64,000 nt of DNA, taken from IMG/VR virus record IMGVR_UViG_3300028569_000023, positions 22,036-86,035 of that record. One strand, 5' to 3'. Shown piece by piece: positions 31,301 through 40,119 of this stretch (within the stretch, counting starts at the first letter, position 1; each line of letters opens with the position of its first letter). The stretch comes from a virus. Below the pieces are notes generated by a model that saw nothing but the letters and a program-made list of their open reading frames with translations, had not been told where the DNA came from and ran no database searches. The position numbers were made by a program, and so were the translations under genes.

Positions 31301-33429
31301 TATAGATTGAATCCGCCATCCGTATTAGTTATACTAAATACAGACTTAGACCATGTTCCTAAAGTACTACTGACTGCTCCTGTAGCTTCAATTGTGAAAG
31401 CATTAGCATTTAAAACCGTAACTTCATGATACCCATTTGCTGTATCATTTACGATACATCCTTGAATGTAAACAACATCTCCGGTAGCAAGACCGTGATT
31501 TGTAGTAGCGACAGTGATCGTATCGAAACCTGACATCGCGCAACCTCTTCCGGATAAACGGACGGTTCCTAATAGATCTAGAAGTTTACGATGACGTGTT
31601 TTAGTATTTGAGAAAAAGGTGTACCCCTTGAATAGTGAAAGATCAGTAGCGAGAGGCGGTTGATCGTTTGCTTGTAAAATACCCTCTCCGCTATTAGCGT
31701 TAGTGTAAAGATTAGCGCCTCTAAATTCAGAAGGAGTGATGTCTTCAAATGCAACAACGCCTGCGTCGATTTCTGATTGCGCAACGAATCCTTCAAAAAC
31801 AAGCTGAAGTTCATCCGATGGAACGAGATCCGTAAGAACATCCGTTCCGATAGCAGTTACTGTTTCAGAACGATAAACTTGATAGAAATAGCTAGTATTT
31901 ACTTCTTCAGGAACTGTAATATACAAGATAACGTTAGCTGAAGTAGTAAGTGTAATAGGGTCAATATGTTCGGCACGTAATGTCGAATTAATAATAGCGC
32001 CGGGTTCTAGTTTTAGTAGGTTTAGGATTTCATCAACATATATTTGAATAGATTCTAGTTCTTGATGATTAGGGATAACTCCTAATGCGATAGGTTGAGT
32101 AATGCCACGATAGTTAGCACTATCGATAGTTCCGAATGTGCTGGTAGAACTTGTTCCAGTTCCAGTCACGATAAAGGAAATAGTGGTAGAAGTGACGCCT
32201 GTTAAAGTACGAACTCCGTTGATTGATACAGAGTTTACAGTTCCGAACCCTTCTAGATTGATTTTATTACCAGATACAAAATAATCAGAGAGAGTATAGT
32301 CATTGTTAAGCGTGATTGTCACTAGATCTGAACTCGAAGCTACAGAGGAAACATTAAAACGGACAATGCTAGTATTACGTGTTGTGTTTTGGATATAACC
32401 AAAATCCGTAGTACTTCCGTTTGTTCCAACGTTTGCGAATGTGATACTATTAGCACCTACTCCGGTTAAAACAACACTTCCGTTGATAGAAGTTCCGGCG
32501 ATTGTTCCGAATCCTGTTAGTACAACAGTTTCACCGATGGATGCAAAGTTTGTAGCAATACCATTAGCGAAAGTAATAGTAACATCGTTTGTTGTACGAG
32601 TAGCGGCTGAAACGTTTAAATTTACGTATTGAAGATCTTCATCGATCTTTGTAGCAAGAGCGATAGAAGCGGTTCTTAAAGTATCGGCGCTAGTATTAGA
32701 AAGAACACCTAAAGTGTTGTAGTAGTTACTGTCGTTTAATAAATATGTGTTACTATTGCCAGCTTTATCCAGCGCCACTAAAAGTCTGTTAAAATCTGTT
32801 AGAATAAGAGATAGAATAGGATTATAGATTTCATCACGTTCAGATGGCGATCCGAGAAGAAGATTCTCGTTTAAATCCTTATACCCCCAAACGACACGAT
32901 ATGCTACTGCGCTGTCTTGTGGGAGAAATCCTGATGAACTCCCGAGTTCGATATCAAGAGTCGGTTCGATGTCTAGGGCTTTAACTGCTCCGGAATTTAC
33001 GATATAACCGGAATCAGAAGTTAGATCACTAGCTGTTTTTGCTGAGATCTTTTTGATACCATCGGCAGTTGTAAAATAGAAATTAGAGTTAGCCTCAATT
33101 CCTTTAATACGAAGACCATCTTCGACTTCGGAATATGAACCATTGAAAGCTGTGAAATTAGCAGCGCCGCTATTTGTTGTACCATCTTGGAATTCAAGAG
33201 TATTATTGAAATGTCTAAGAATTCTCTCTTTATAGACGAATAATTGCGTAGCCCTATCCGAAGATGTACCAATTGGTGTTCCAAATAGTTTATGACCGCG
33301 CCGAGGTTCAATGACGTTATCACGACGGATAATGACGTTATTAGCCTGTTTTAGTGAACCATCTTGTTGGTTAATCTCGTTTGGTGATGTCTGAAGCCCT
33401 AATGCTGTAAGATAAACGGAACTTGACAT
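28309..33429 (-). CDS. giant tail nozzle / stabilization protein with inserted repeat domains
   Basis: N-terminal A.NVII....IEPRRG and beta-propeller-like NRLYYSK..QPEAVP...LFVFK.DGIYRL; follows the adaptor. Confidence 0.7.
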   Translation of the reverse strand: MSSSVYLTALGLQTSPNEINQQDGSLKQANNVIIRRDNVIEPRRGHKLFGTPIGTSSDRATQLFVYKERILRHFNNTLEFQDGTTNSGAANFTAFNGSYSEVEDGLRIKGIEANSNFYFTTADGIKKISAKTASDLTSDSGYIVNSGAVKALDIEPTLDIELGSSSGFLPQDSAVAYRVVWGYKDLNENLLLGSPSERDEIYNPILSLILTDFNRLLVALDKAGNSNTYLLNDSNYYNTLGVLSNTSADTLRTASIALATKIDEDLQYVNLNVSAATRTTNDVTITFANGIATNFASIGETVVLTGFGTIAGTSINGSVVLTGVGANSITFANVGTNGSTTDFGYIQNTTRNTSIVRFNVSSVASSSDLVTITLNNDYTLSDYFVSGNKINLEGFGTVNSVSINGVRTLTGVTSTTISFIVTGTGTSSTSTFGTIDSANYRGITQPIALGVIPNHQELESIQIYVDEILNLLKLEPGAIINSTLRAEHIDPITLTTSANVILYITVPEEVNTSYFYQVYRSETVTAIGTDVLTDLVPSDELQLVFEGFVAQSEIDAGVVAFEDITPSEFRGANLYTNANSGEGILQANDQPPLATDLSLFKGYTFFSNTKTRHRKLLDLLGTVRLSGRGCAMSGFDTITVATTNHGLATGDVVYIQGCIVNDTANGYHEVTVLNANAFTIEATGAVSSTLGTWSKSVFSITNTDGGFNLYPFILAEARSTTIGLSMFIEDASYFVLSSTGNLRRYAVWFDDTGSTTDPTPAGYIGVRIDISTVTTTAEISAKIAQGLAPYINDFNCVDYSGSVTITNSESGYSDPVTIVQTVNILSATVLTRGIGQELSEQIQTITCVADVAGSLAGKAFTLYSPFNRKAYYLWFKVSGIGSNPTPAGLTGIQVDILTNDTAATIATAVKNAVNSEISEEFIAVNSGDDVTITNIGIGNAKFCANLTGSSPAFSYVVDQLGVLTVEKSAEISPSISTDETARNLINAINNNKLETVYGYYLSGAEDVAGKMLFESRTLNINETPFYVNAGDASTGSTFSPDISAELGITAISTASSAQITATSHGFKNGQTVLITGSNSVPSIDGPWVVKNTTTNTFTIDTQVSEAGTVGYLTLATNSEFSDNENRGNRLYYSKYQQPEAVPIANYIDIGAKDQAISRIFALRDSLFVFKGDGIYRLSGEVSPFNVTLFDGSATLLAPDSLAILENSIFGWERGGIVQITESGVSPISRAIDNLILPTASNVYPGFKTSTFGVAYDSDQSYTVWTVKNKSDTYAAIAYRYHTLTQTWTTLDLASTCGIINPVDDLMYLGSAVENYIRQERKDYDRTDYADREYSATIATASYTKANKTLRLNSVTDFNEGDVVVQTPIVTVYSYNQLLKKLDLDTGPSGNDYFSSLKAIANNNMRIKLLALAQKLDLDSNVVATDYESVISTKSGTVSNTTGITESSPVVITAPSHGLLTGRVIDISGSNSSPSLNGIHTVTVLDANTFTIPVEVLTVGISGSLSWITLDNNFNDISTCYNAIINKLNSDSGVSFSNYQYLNNVTTLEAVILNVNRVTKTLTLNYALDFIEGPITIFESIDTTVEYSPITMQDPLGWKHLRESTVMFENRAFTRATLSFATDLLPEFIPVQFDSDGNGAFGYGDFGSGFFGGNSHAAPFRTYVPRQCQRCRFMRLRYEHSVAREVYKINGITLTGSIGQSERAYRS

Positions 33430-33439
33430 TTAACACTCC

Positions 33440-34702
33440 TTAAAAACGACGACTACGTGTGTATCTTAACATTGAATGACGGCCTGATAATTTCTTAGGA
33501 GAACCTTCGCTTCGATTATCCAATAATGAGATTTGCGATTGTTCATTCGCTCCGATTTTAGCTTTAAGTTCAGCAGCACCTTCGCGGTCCCCGATAGAAG
33601 CGAGCATTCGTTCAGCGGTTCTTTCGCAAAGAGTACTGTGTAGATCAGATGGTAATTGAGGAATGATACACTCGTATGCATTACAAACGTAATCTCCTTT
33701 AACTACCGTATAAGGGATATGTTCCCAATTGAAAGTCATTTCGGTACCTTGAATATTAAGACACTCATTATCGTAACTTTTAGTTTTATGTCCACCTGAC
33801 GTTTCAAGAATATCCATTAGTGAATTATTAGAAAATACTTCAGTATCGACACCTGCTGTGAAATTAAAGATAATATTATCCGAAACAGCAAATCCTGCTG
33901 TATTAGCGGAGCTTATGTTTTTCATTGTCATATCTGCGAAGTTCGAGGATTTAGGGACGATGAAATTACCAATAAGCGTTGATGTTAATGTAATAACAGC
34001 GGAAGTACTCGCAGCAGTTAGTCCCGTAATCGAAGCCGCTGAAATAGCAGTGGATAGATTTGAAGCAGTTTGAGTATCTGATACTCCAATTGCGAAATCT
34101 ACACCAGCCGTAAAGGTATTAGACCCAATATTGAATCTATCACCAGAAGCAATAGCAGAATCGTCAATCGAAACGGTTTGTTTAAAATTAGAAATAATAG
34201 CAGCACGAGAATCAGGAACTAATCCGTTAGGACGGAGATAAAAGCTCATTTGTAGATATCCAGTAGTCGTAAATTGACCTCCGGAATAAAGAACTACGTT
34301 GTTATTCTCGAAATAGAAAGACTTAGCCGAACTTGCAGTGTTACTATCGTAACTTTGGAAGAACATTTTATCGTCAGGTGAAATACGAGTCATCTCATAG
34401 ATATTACCTTGTTCATCTACATAGCTAATATCGCGAAGTTTAACGCCGATTGCTCGTTCAGGGATGGGATACTTTGTTACATTGTTAACAAGAGGAATTA
34501 GTTTAGTATATACAAAGTATTCTTCATTGAACATCATGACACTAGGGACTTGTGCCACTTGCATTTCTTCGTCAGCGAATGCGAGAACGTCTGCTTCTGT
34601 GAACGTTGATTGATACAACGGCATTGATATCTTCCGCTTAACGGATTCAATAATTCCGTTCGTACCGCTGGATGTTTTCCAGGGTGTTTTATTTTGGGCC
34701 AT
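33440..34702 (-). CDS. head-tail adaptor (tail tubular A-like)
   Basis: helical N-terminus, Y.IP.RA..., C-terminal PQLPSDLH..L. Confidence 0.62.
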   Translation of the reverse strand: MAQNKTPWKTSSGTNGIIESVKRKISMPLYQSTFTEADVLAFADEEMQVAQVPSVMMFNEEYFVYTKLIPLVNNVTKYPIPERAIGVKLRDISYVDEQGNIYEMTRISPDDKMFFQSYDSNTASSAKSFYFENNNVVLYSGGQFTTTGYLQMSFYLRPNGLVPDSRAAIISNFKQTVSIDDSAIASGDRFNIGSNTFTAGVDFAIGVSDTQTASNLSTAISAASITGLTAASTSAVITLTSTLIGNFIVPKSSNFADMTMKNISSANTAGFAVSDNIIFNFTAGVDTEVFSNNSLMDILETSGGHKTKSYDNECLNIQGTEMTFNWEHIPYTVVKGDYVCNAYECIIPQLPSDLHSTLCERTAERMLASIGDREGAAELKAKIGANEQSQISLLDNRSEGSPKKLSGRHSMLRYTRSRRF

Positions 34703-35118
34703 TACTCACCCTTGAGTTTTTGTTTTTTAAGAAGTAATTCTTGAATCTTAGCGTCGATTTCGTCTTCGGACATGCGATCTGATTCTTCGGACATCTCATC
34801 AGGCATCGCCATAGCATCTGATTCGGATGCTTCTTCGAGCATTTCGTCTTCAGCACCGTCAGAGTATTCTTCGGACTGATCTTGAAGACCATCCATACCT
34901 TCAACGATATCTTCAGCTTTTTCTAAGCCTTTTTTCAGACTTTCAGCATCGGGAGCGGCGACTGAAACTTTCTTCAGACCGCCGAGTTTAGAACCCATTT
35001 TATCGGCCATATCAGCGCGAAGTTCTTGAAGAACGGACTTTTTAGCGCCCATTTCTTCAGGTTTGACTTTCTTGCCTTCTTTTAGTTTTTTAGCAAGAAG
35101 TGACTTAATCTTATCCAT
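34702..35118 (-). CDS. hypothetical charged protein
   Basis: Lys-rich N-terminus, acidic C-terminus; motif upstream. Confidence 0.6.
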   Translation of the reverse strand: MDKIKSLLAKKLKEGKKVKPEEMGAKKSVLQELRADMADKMGSKLGGLKKVSVAAPDAESLKKGLEKAEDIVEGMDGLQDQSEEYSDGAEDEMLEEASESDAMAMPDEMSEESDRMSEDEIDAKIQELLLKKQKLKGE

Positions 35119-35160
35119 TTATTATTCCCCTTGAATTATAATTATTTACGTATATAGTTG

Positions 35161-35820
35161 TTAAAACAGTGTTTTTGAGCCGTTTAAAGCCCATAACGCT
35201 TGATATATCCAAAGAGTTGGACTATTGTAATCAGATAGGTATCTACCCTTATATTTGTCGCCTAGTTCTTTAACGATACGAGGGAGTGCTGAGAATTTCA
35301 CACCTGCTGCATGTAAAAACAATAACTTAACTCGTTTTGTATTAAATACCTTGTTAAAATCAAGACTTAGAACGAGCATTAGCTTTTCTAGAACGTTAAT
35401 TTTACGACCCGCTGCGATCTTAACGAGTGAACGATATTCAGGACGGAGAAGAGAAAACCATTCAGAATCAATAAGATGACCGTGTTCGTTTTTACCAGTA
35501 ATCCAAAGACCGTATTCCGTATTTGCAAGGATTTCTCTAGCGATTTCGCCATTATCAAATAGATAAGATAATACAGCTAGACCTATTAGATTGTCGTGTG
35601 AATTGGCTATAGGGTCATTGGGAGATCTTCTGAAATGACCCGGCTTAGTTCTAGTAGAATTAATCAGAAGCTCGTAGTAAGGCTTAATAGGGCTAATATC
35701 GAGCCCTGCAAATTTAGCTTCTAGACATAAGGACGCGAGTTCTAATTGGGAGTTTTGGTGATCCCATCCACCCCAATCGTTTAGACTATTGATTATCGCT
35801 TGGATTATTGGATGAGTCAT
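35161..35820 (-). CDS. hypothetical helical protein
   Basis: SHDNLIGL motif; TAACAACTAT motif 5 nt upstream. Confidence 0.6.
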   Translation of the reverse strand: MTHPIIQAIINSLNDWGGWDHQNSQLELASLCLEAKFAGLDISPIKPYYELLINSTRTKPGHFRRSPNDPIANSHDNLIGLAVLSYLFDNGEIAREILANTEYGLWITGKNEHGHLIDSEWFSLLRPEYRSLVKIAAGRKINVLEKLMLVLSLDFNKVFNTKRVKLLFLHAAGVKFSALPRIVKELGDKYKGRYLSDYNSPTLWIYQALWALNGSKTLF

Positions 35821-36079
35821 TACTGATAGTTGTTACAGTATCGTCCCATTTGCTCATTGGACATTTCATTCCATTTAGTCGAGCTTTCGCGTTGAGAAAA
35901 CAGCCACATTCTCCACAAACTGACATATCTGGCTGGAATTTAGGACAACCTTTACAAATTGACATGCGACGTTCAAACTCGTCATTACTAACCGTTATAT
36001 CCGCTCCAGTTACTGCGTTTTTTGCAACGTTTCTGGCCGATTCAACCGCGAGCTTGAGTTTTGTCTTAAAATCAGACAC
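35786..36079 (-). CDS. Cys-rich metal-binding protein (DUF6171-like)
   Basis: R..IC..CP....C..CGCF...K......CP..KW. Confidence 0.7.
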   Translation of the reverse strand: MSDFKTKLKLAVESARNVAKNAVTGADITVSNDEFERRMSICKGCPKFQPDMSVCGECGCFLNAKARLNGMKCPMSKWDDTVTTISNDSSNNPSDNQ

Positions 36080-36544
36080 TTAACCGCCTAGTGCTTTTAG
36101 TTGGAGGGATTCTAGAACGACTTGAAGTTCTCCGGGTGCTGCCCCGTCGAAGCCGCCGACAAATCCGAACTCGTCATCGTCGGAGATTGCTTCTTTCGCA
36201 AAGACGTAGAAGTTAGGAATGACGTATTTAGGGACCATTTGCGGAGTACCATCTGGATTTAAGAGTTTAGTACCGATGAAATTACCACTAGCGTCCTGTT
36301 TCGGAGTGCCGTCATCATTTGTTTCATATCCAAATGCTTCCTGAGTTTCGGCGAATTGCTCGTATAGCGATTTAACTGTGTTGATTTCGGCGCTAAAGAA
36401 CTGAATTTCTTCGCCGTAATCCTGTTCTAACTGTTCAAAAACGGGTTTAATCGTTTGGCAATGATGACAGTTATTAGCGTAAATAAGAAGAATAGAGAAT
36501 TCGTGCTGTTTTAATTCGGAAGGATCTAAGAGGATTTTAACCAT
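36080..36544 (-). CDS. thioredoxin-like protein
   Basis: YANNCHHC..IKP.F and cis-Pro VIPNF; insertion between them. Confidence 0.8.
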   Translation of the reverse strand: MVKILLDPSELKQHEFSILLIYANNCHHCQTIKPVFEQLEQDYGEEIQFFSAEINTVKSLYEQFAETQEAFGYETNDDGTPKQDASGNFIGTKLLNPDGTPQMVPKYVIPNFYVFAKEAISDDDEFGFVGGFDGAAPGELQVVLESLQLKALGG

Positions 36545-36550
36545 AGACGT

Positions 36551-36579
36551 AGTATATACGGTCTGAATGGTATTGTCAA
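36551..36579 (-). promoter_or_regulatory. sigma70 promoter, leaderless
   Basis: TTGACA-N17-TATACT on the - strand; ATG at 36544. Confidence 0.75.
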
Positions 36580-36591
36580 GAATAAAAGCGA

Positions 36592-36619
36592 AGGTCCGAA
36601 CGTTTTACCGTCCGGACCT
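36592..36619 (-). terminator. probable intrinsic terminator
   Basis: AGGTCCGGACG/CGTTCGGACCT stem followed by T-rich sequence on the - strand. Confidence 0.6.
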
Positions 36620-36682
36620 GTATTTAACTCAGCGAGACGAACGAAGTGTCGCAGCTAGCTAGGAATGCGGAGAGGAGGGAGA

Positions 36683-38416
36683 TCATCTGGGGCCCATGCA
36701 GATGAGGTTAAAGTTGCCAGTACTGTCAGCCACGGTTGATGCGCCTGAGTTATAGATTCCCGTGATCTTGACCGACGTGCTTGATAGCACTTGGGCTTGG
36801 GCTCCATATGTGATTCCGGTATTTGTATTATTGAGAGACGCAACACATGATGGGTTGTCAGAGAAGGTTCCTGTCGCAAGCGTTAGCGTACAAGAACTTG
36901 ACGAGATATTCCCAATAGAAGAGATCCAAGATCCGCTTTGACGGGTGATAGACGCCGAAGTCGAGCAAACTACAGTCGCTCGCTCAACTCTCTCCACCCC
37001 TGGACTGCTCGAATACACACTCCCAGGAATGAGCACTTGGGGAGACTTGGGACAGGGGGAGGAGGCGGTGACGTCTATAATAGCATCAAAAGCAATTGCA
37101 GGGTTTGATCCAAAAAGCGAATCTGCGTTTTGAGCAGCAAACGGATTGGCGGTTGATGTCTTGTCGTTATACCGAATGGCAACACTTGTCCCACCCGATA
37201 GCTGCCATATGGTGCCAGTCTTTACCGCCGTGTTTGAAGTCGAGCTTAAGTCCCAATCTCCAGCCTTAGTGTCACCTTGTGTGAATGTCGGGATTGTAAA
37301 GCCCGCCGGAAGCGGAATGATTGCAGGTGTTGCTGTTGGAGTGCCGCCTTGGAATCTGCCCCGCATCATAATCTTTTGAGGCGCAATACACTGATAGCGA
37401 ATATCGACGTTCGTTACCGTTCCAAGCCCCGCAATGGCCGGAGTGTAACTCGTAGGTAACACCCCCGGAGCATCAAGACGAGCTACGGTCTCGGAGGACG
37501 TGGGGAAGCGGGTCACAGACATTGCTGGCCCTGCCTGTATTGTGTAGGAAGAATCAGTTACTCCGCTGACAAAAAACTCAAAGTAATCATTTGCTGCTGC
37601 CTGAATAACGCACGGCTGAGTCGTTAAGGTGGTGAACCCTCCCGCGACGAGACTTGCGGTGCAAGCTGTAACCTCAGAGCCATTTTTGCGAATGGTAGAG
37701 AAAAAATCCCCTGCTCCAGTATTGTCGAGATAAGCGTTGGCGCTTACTAAAAAGTTACCCGAAGAACGAACGACGTAACGATTGTTAGTTGTGTCAAAAG
37801 AACCCAAGACATCAAGTGTTTTTGAGTTAAGTTGAACCTTTTGAAAACCTGTAGAGCCAATGGCTTGTGTGGTTGATCTTGTTGCAATAGCTAGAGTCTG
37901 AGCCTGAGCCACGGTGCCGATGCTTTTAGCTGCGCCGAGATAAACGTTTGCTACGTTAATAGTGCTTGTTGTAGCAGCAACGGTTTGAGCGAAACGTACA
38001 GTAGTTGCTGTAGAAAGATCACCACATGGGTAAACGAGTGATACTTTATTCACAGTAGTCGTTGCTGTAAGAGGTGTCGAATTCGCAATAACGCCGTTGA
38101 TGAGAACCTGAGCTTGCACTGTCGCGCCAGATCCAAGTGTAAGTTTGTAATCAGCGGTCATTTCGCACGCTTGACCGGACAGCGAGCGGTCTAATGAGTT
38201 CGTTGTGAATTCGGCATAATCCGTAGCGGCATCGAGAACGATCTGAACATCGGAGATAGCAGTTAAAGGAGTAGTTGTGTTGCGAGTAATGACTGCACCA
38301 GATGCCGTAATACCACGCGTAGAGTTCTTTAAACCGCTAGGATTCTTGATGAAGTTTCTACCGAAAGTACCTTGACCTTCGAGGTAATCGATTAATTGTA
38401 AACGGTTGGATGACAT
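36683..38416 (-). CDS. receptor-binding / tail fiber protein with C1q-like domain
   Basis: NFIKNP jelly-roll-like start; FDTTNNRYVV..SGNFLVSA (C1q/TNF-like). Confidence 0.65.
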   Translation of the reverse strand: MSSNRLQLIDYLEGQGTFGRNFIKNPSGLKNSTRGITASGAVITRNTTTPLTAISDVQIVLDAATDYAEFTTNSLDRSLSGQACEMTADYKLTLGSGATVQAQVLINGVIANSTPLTATTTVNKVSLVYPCGDLSTATTVRFAQTVAATTSTINVANVYLGAAKSIGTVAQAQTLAIATRSTTQAIGSTGFQKVQLNSKTLDVLGSFDTTNNRYVVRSSGNFLVSANAYLDNTGAGDFFSTIRKNGSEVTACTASLVAGGFTTLTTQPCVIQAAANDYFEFFVSGVTDSSYTIQAGPAMSVTRFPTSSETVARLDAPGVLPTSYTPAIAGLGTVTNVDIRYQCIAPQKIMMRGRFQGGTPTATPAIIPLPAGFTIPTFTQGDTKAGDWDLSSTSNTAVKTGTIWQLSGGTSVAIRYNDKTSTANPFAAQNADSLFGSNPAIAFDAIIDVTASSPCPKSPQVLIPGSVYSSSPGVERVERATVVCSTSASITRQSGSWISSIGNISSSSCTLTLATGTFSDNPSCVASLNNTNTGITYGAQAQVLSSTSVKITGIYNSGASTVADSTGNFNLICMGPR

Positions 38417-38434
38417 GTTTTATAATTCCTTTTC

Positions 38435-40087
38435 TTATAGTTCAGAACGAGATACTTCGCGCCATAAGGACGATCCGTTATCCCAGCGGAGGGTTAGAAT
38501 TGATTCAGAATAGGATAACCATTCTCCGTTTAGAGAAAGACCTGTTCCGTTTTCTAAAATGATGTAATTGGTATTAGAAGTACCGATAAGACGTAAAGTT
38601 TGTCCGTCGATAACCCCTAGTGAAATCTGAGGATTAGAAGTAATGTTTACTTCTCCGGAATTACTAACAATGTAAATATCTTGATCAGTACCTGCGGTAG
38701 TTGGAATACCACCAGCGGCTGTGATAATAAACGGCGAAGCGAATGATCCGGACACTATACGGCCTGAACCGCCTGATCCTCCGATAACCCTATATTTATT
38801 TGTATCATTATCGTAGTATAGATAAAGAGATGCGTTATTAGATAAGATTAGATCGAATCCTGTTCCTGTTAAAATACTCTCAGTTACTGTTCCTGAATCA
38901 TTTTTTATAGTAATAGAATTACCAGTACCGTTAGTTAAAATCAGATATTCAGGAACACCCGTTGCCGTAATACCTCTAACTGAAATAAGACCTGAATTTG
39001 TAACTTTTAGTACTGTTGAATTAGGAAAAGTTAAAGTTTTAAGACTTCCAGTTGTAGTGGAATCAATTACAATACCCGCGCCGTAAATAGCATCTAGATG
39101 TTCGAGAACTCCGCTAACTTTTAAACCGCTTGACGATTTGACAAGGGTAGAACCGTCGAGTTCGAGAGATAACTGATTTCCAGAAATCTCAATTCCTTGA
39201 CCGTCAGTAGTGATTGTTCCGACTCCAGAGAATTGAACAAACGTTACAGCGGTACTACCAAGAGTTCCACCTGAATTGATGGTACAGACCCATCCGGTAT
39301 CAGATCCGGTAGTTCCTTCTTCAACGAATACGAACGCTGAAGTTAGTTTATACCAGGAGTTAGCATCGGATGAACGAACTGGAGCACCTGAAGCTTGTAC
39401 GATATAAATACCGTTATCTGCTTGTGTCGTTTGGTTCTTGATGAGAATACGATCATTGGTAACAAGAACGATACCGTCGATTGTTGCGCCGTTTTGAAAT
39501 GCAGTAGCAAGCGTACCGTTTGCGGTAGTCGCGACACGTACTGAATCTTTAACGTCTAGACCTTGAGCTACTGAATCTACGTATGCTTTATTTGCGAGAT
39601 CGTTAGCGCCGAGAGGAGCGAAACTGGAAGTGATAGCATTAGCGCCCATATCCAGAACACCGGACATTGTATCCCCGGCTTTATTTACTTTATCGTTAAG
39701 TTGAGTCTGAATGCTCGATGTAACACCAGCAACGTGACCTAATTCTGTACTAGTTACGGCACTAGGAGAAAGAACTCCCGAACCGTCCGATTGGACAGCC
39801 CGGTTAGCGGTTAGAGTAGCGAGCTTCGAAACTGCGATATTTGCGCCAGATTTGATATTCCCGTCGTCAATATTGGAAATGACGTTACCTGTACCATCGG
39901 CATCGATGGTCTTATTGGTAAGAGTATCGGTACTAGCGTCGGTTACAACTTTTTCTAAGTTAGAACCATCGTGGAATTTCAACCGTCCAGTTGAATCATC
40001 TACTTCCATTTCGCCTTTTTCGTCGGCGGTGGAAGTAGACTTAGGAACGATTCGAAGTCCTAGAAAGAACTTTTTGAATAAATTCAT
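38435..40087 (-). CDS. tail fiber protein
   Basis: TLTNKTID, KAGDTMSG.L, ANKAYVD, VRVATT..NDRILIKNQT...NGIY fiber motifs. Confidence 0.75.
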   Translation of the reverse strand: MNLFKKFFLGLRIVPKSTSTADEKGEMEVDDSTGRLKFHDGSNLEKVVTDASTDTLTNKTIDADGTGNVISNIDDGNIKSGANIAVSKLATLTANRAVQSDGSGVLSPSAVTSTELGHVAGVTSSIQTQLNDKVNKAGDTMSGVLDMGANAITSSFAPLGANDLANKAYVDSVAQGLDVKDSVRVATTANGTLATAFQNGATIDGIVLVTNDRILIKNQTTQADNGIYIVQASGAPVRSSDANSWYKLTSAFVFVEEGTTGSDTGWVCTINSGGTLGSTAVTFVQFSGVGTITTDGQGIEISGNQLSLELDGSTLVKSSSGLKVSGVLEHLDAIYGAGIVIDSTTTGSLKTLTFPNSTVLKVTNSGLISVRGITATGVPEYLILTNGTGNSITIKNDSGTVTESILTGTGFDLILSNNASLYLYYDNDTNKYRVIGGSGGSGRIVSGSFASPFIITAAGGIPTTAGTDQDIYIVSNSGEVNITSNPQISLGVIDGQTLRLIGTSNTNYIILENGTGLSLNGEWLSYSESILTLRWDNGSSLWREVSRSEL

Positions 40088-40119
40088 TTACTTGATTCCT
40101 TACTTAATAGTTGTTAACG

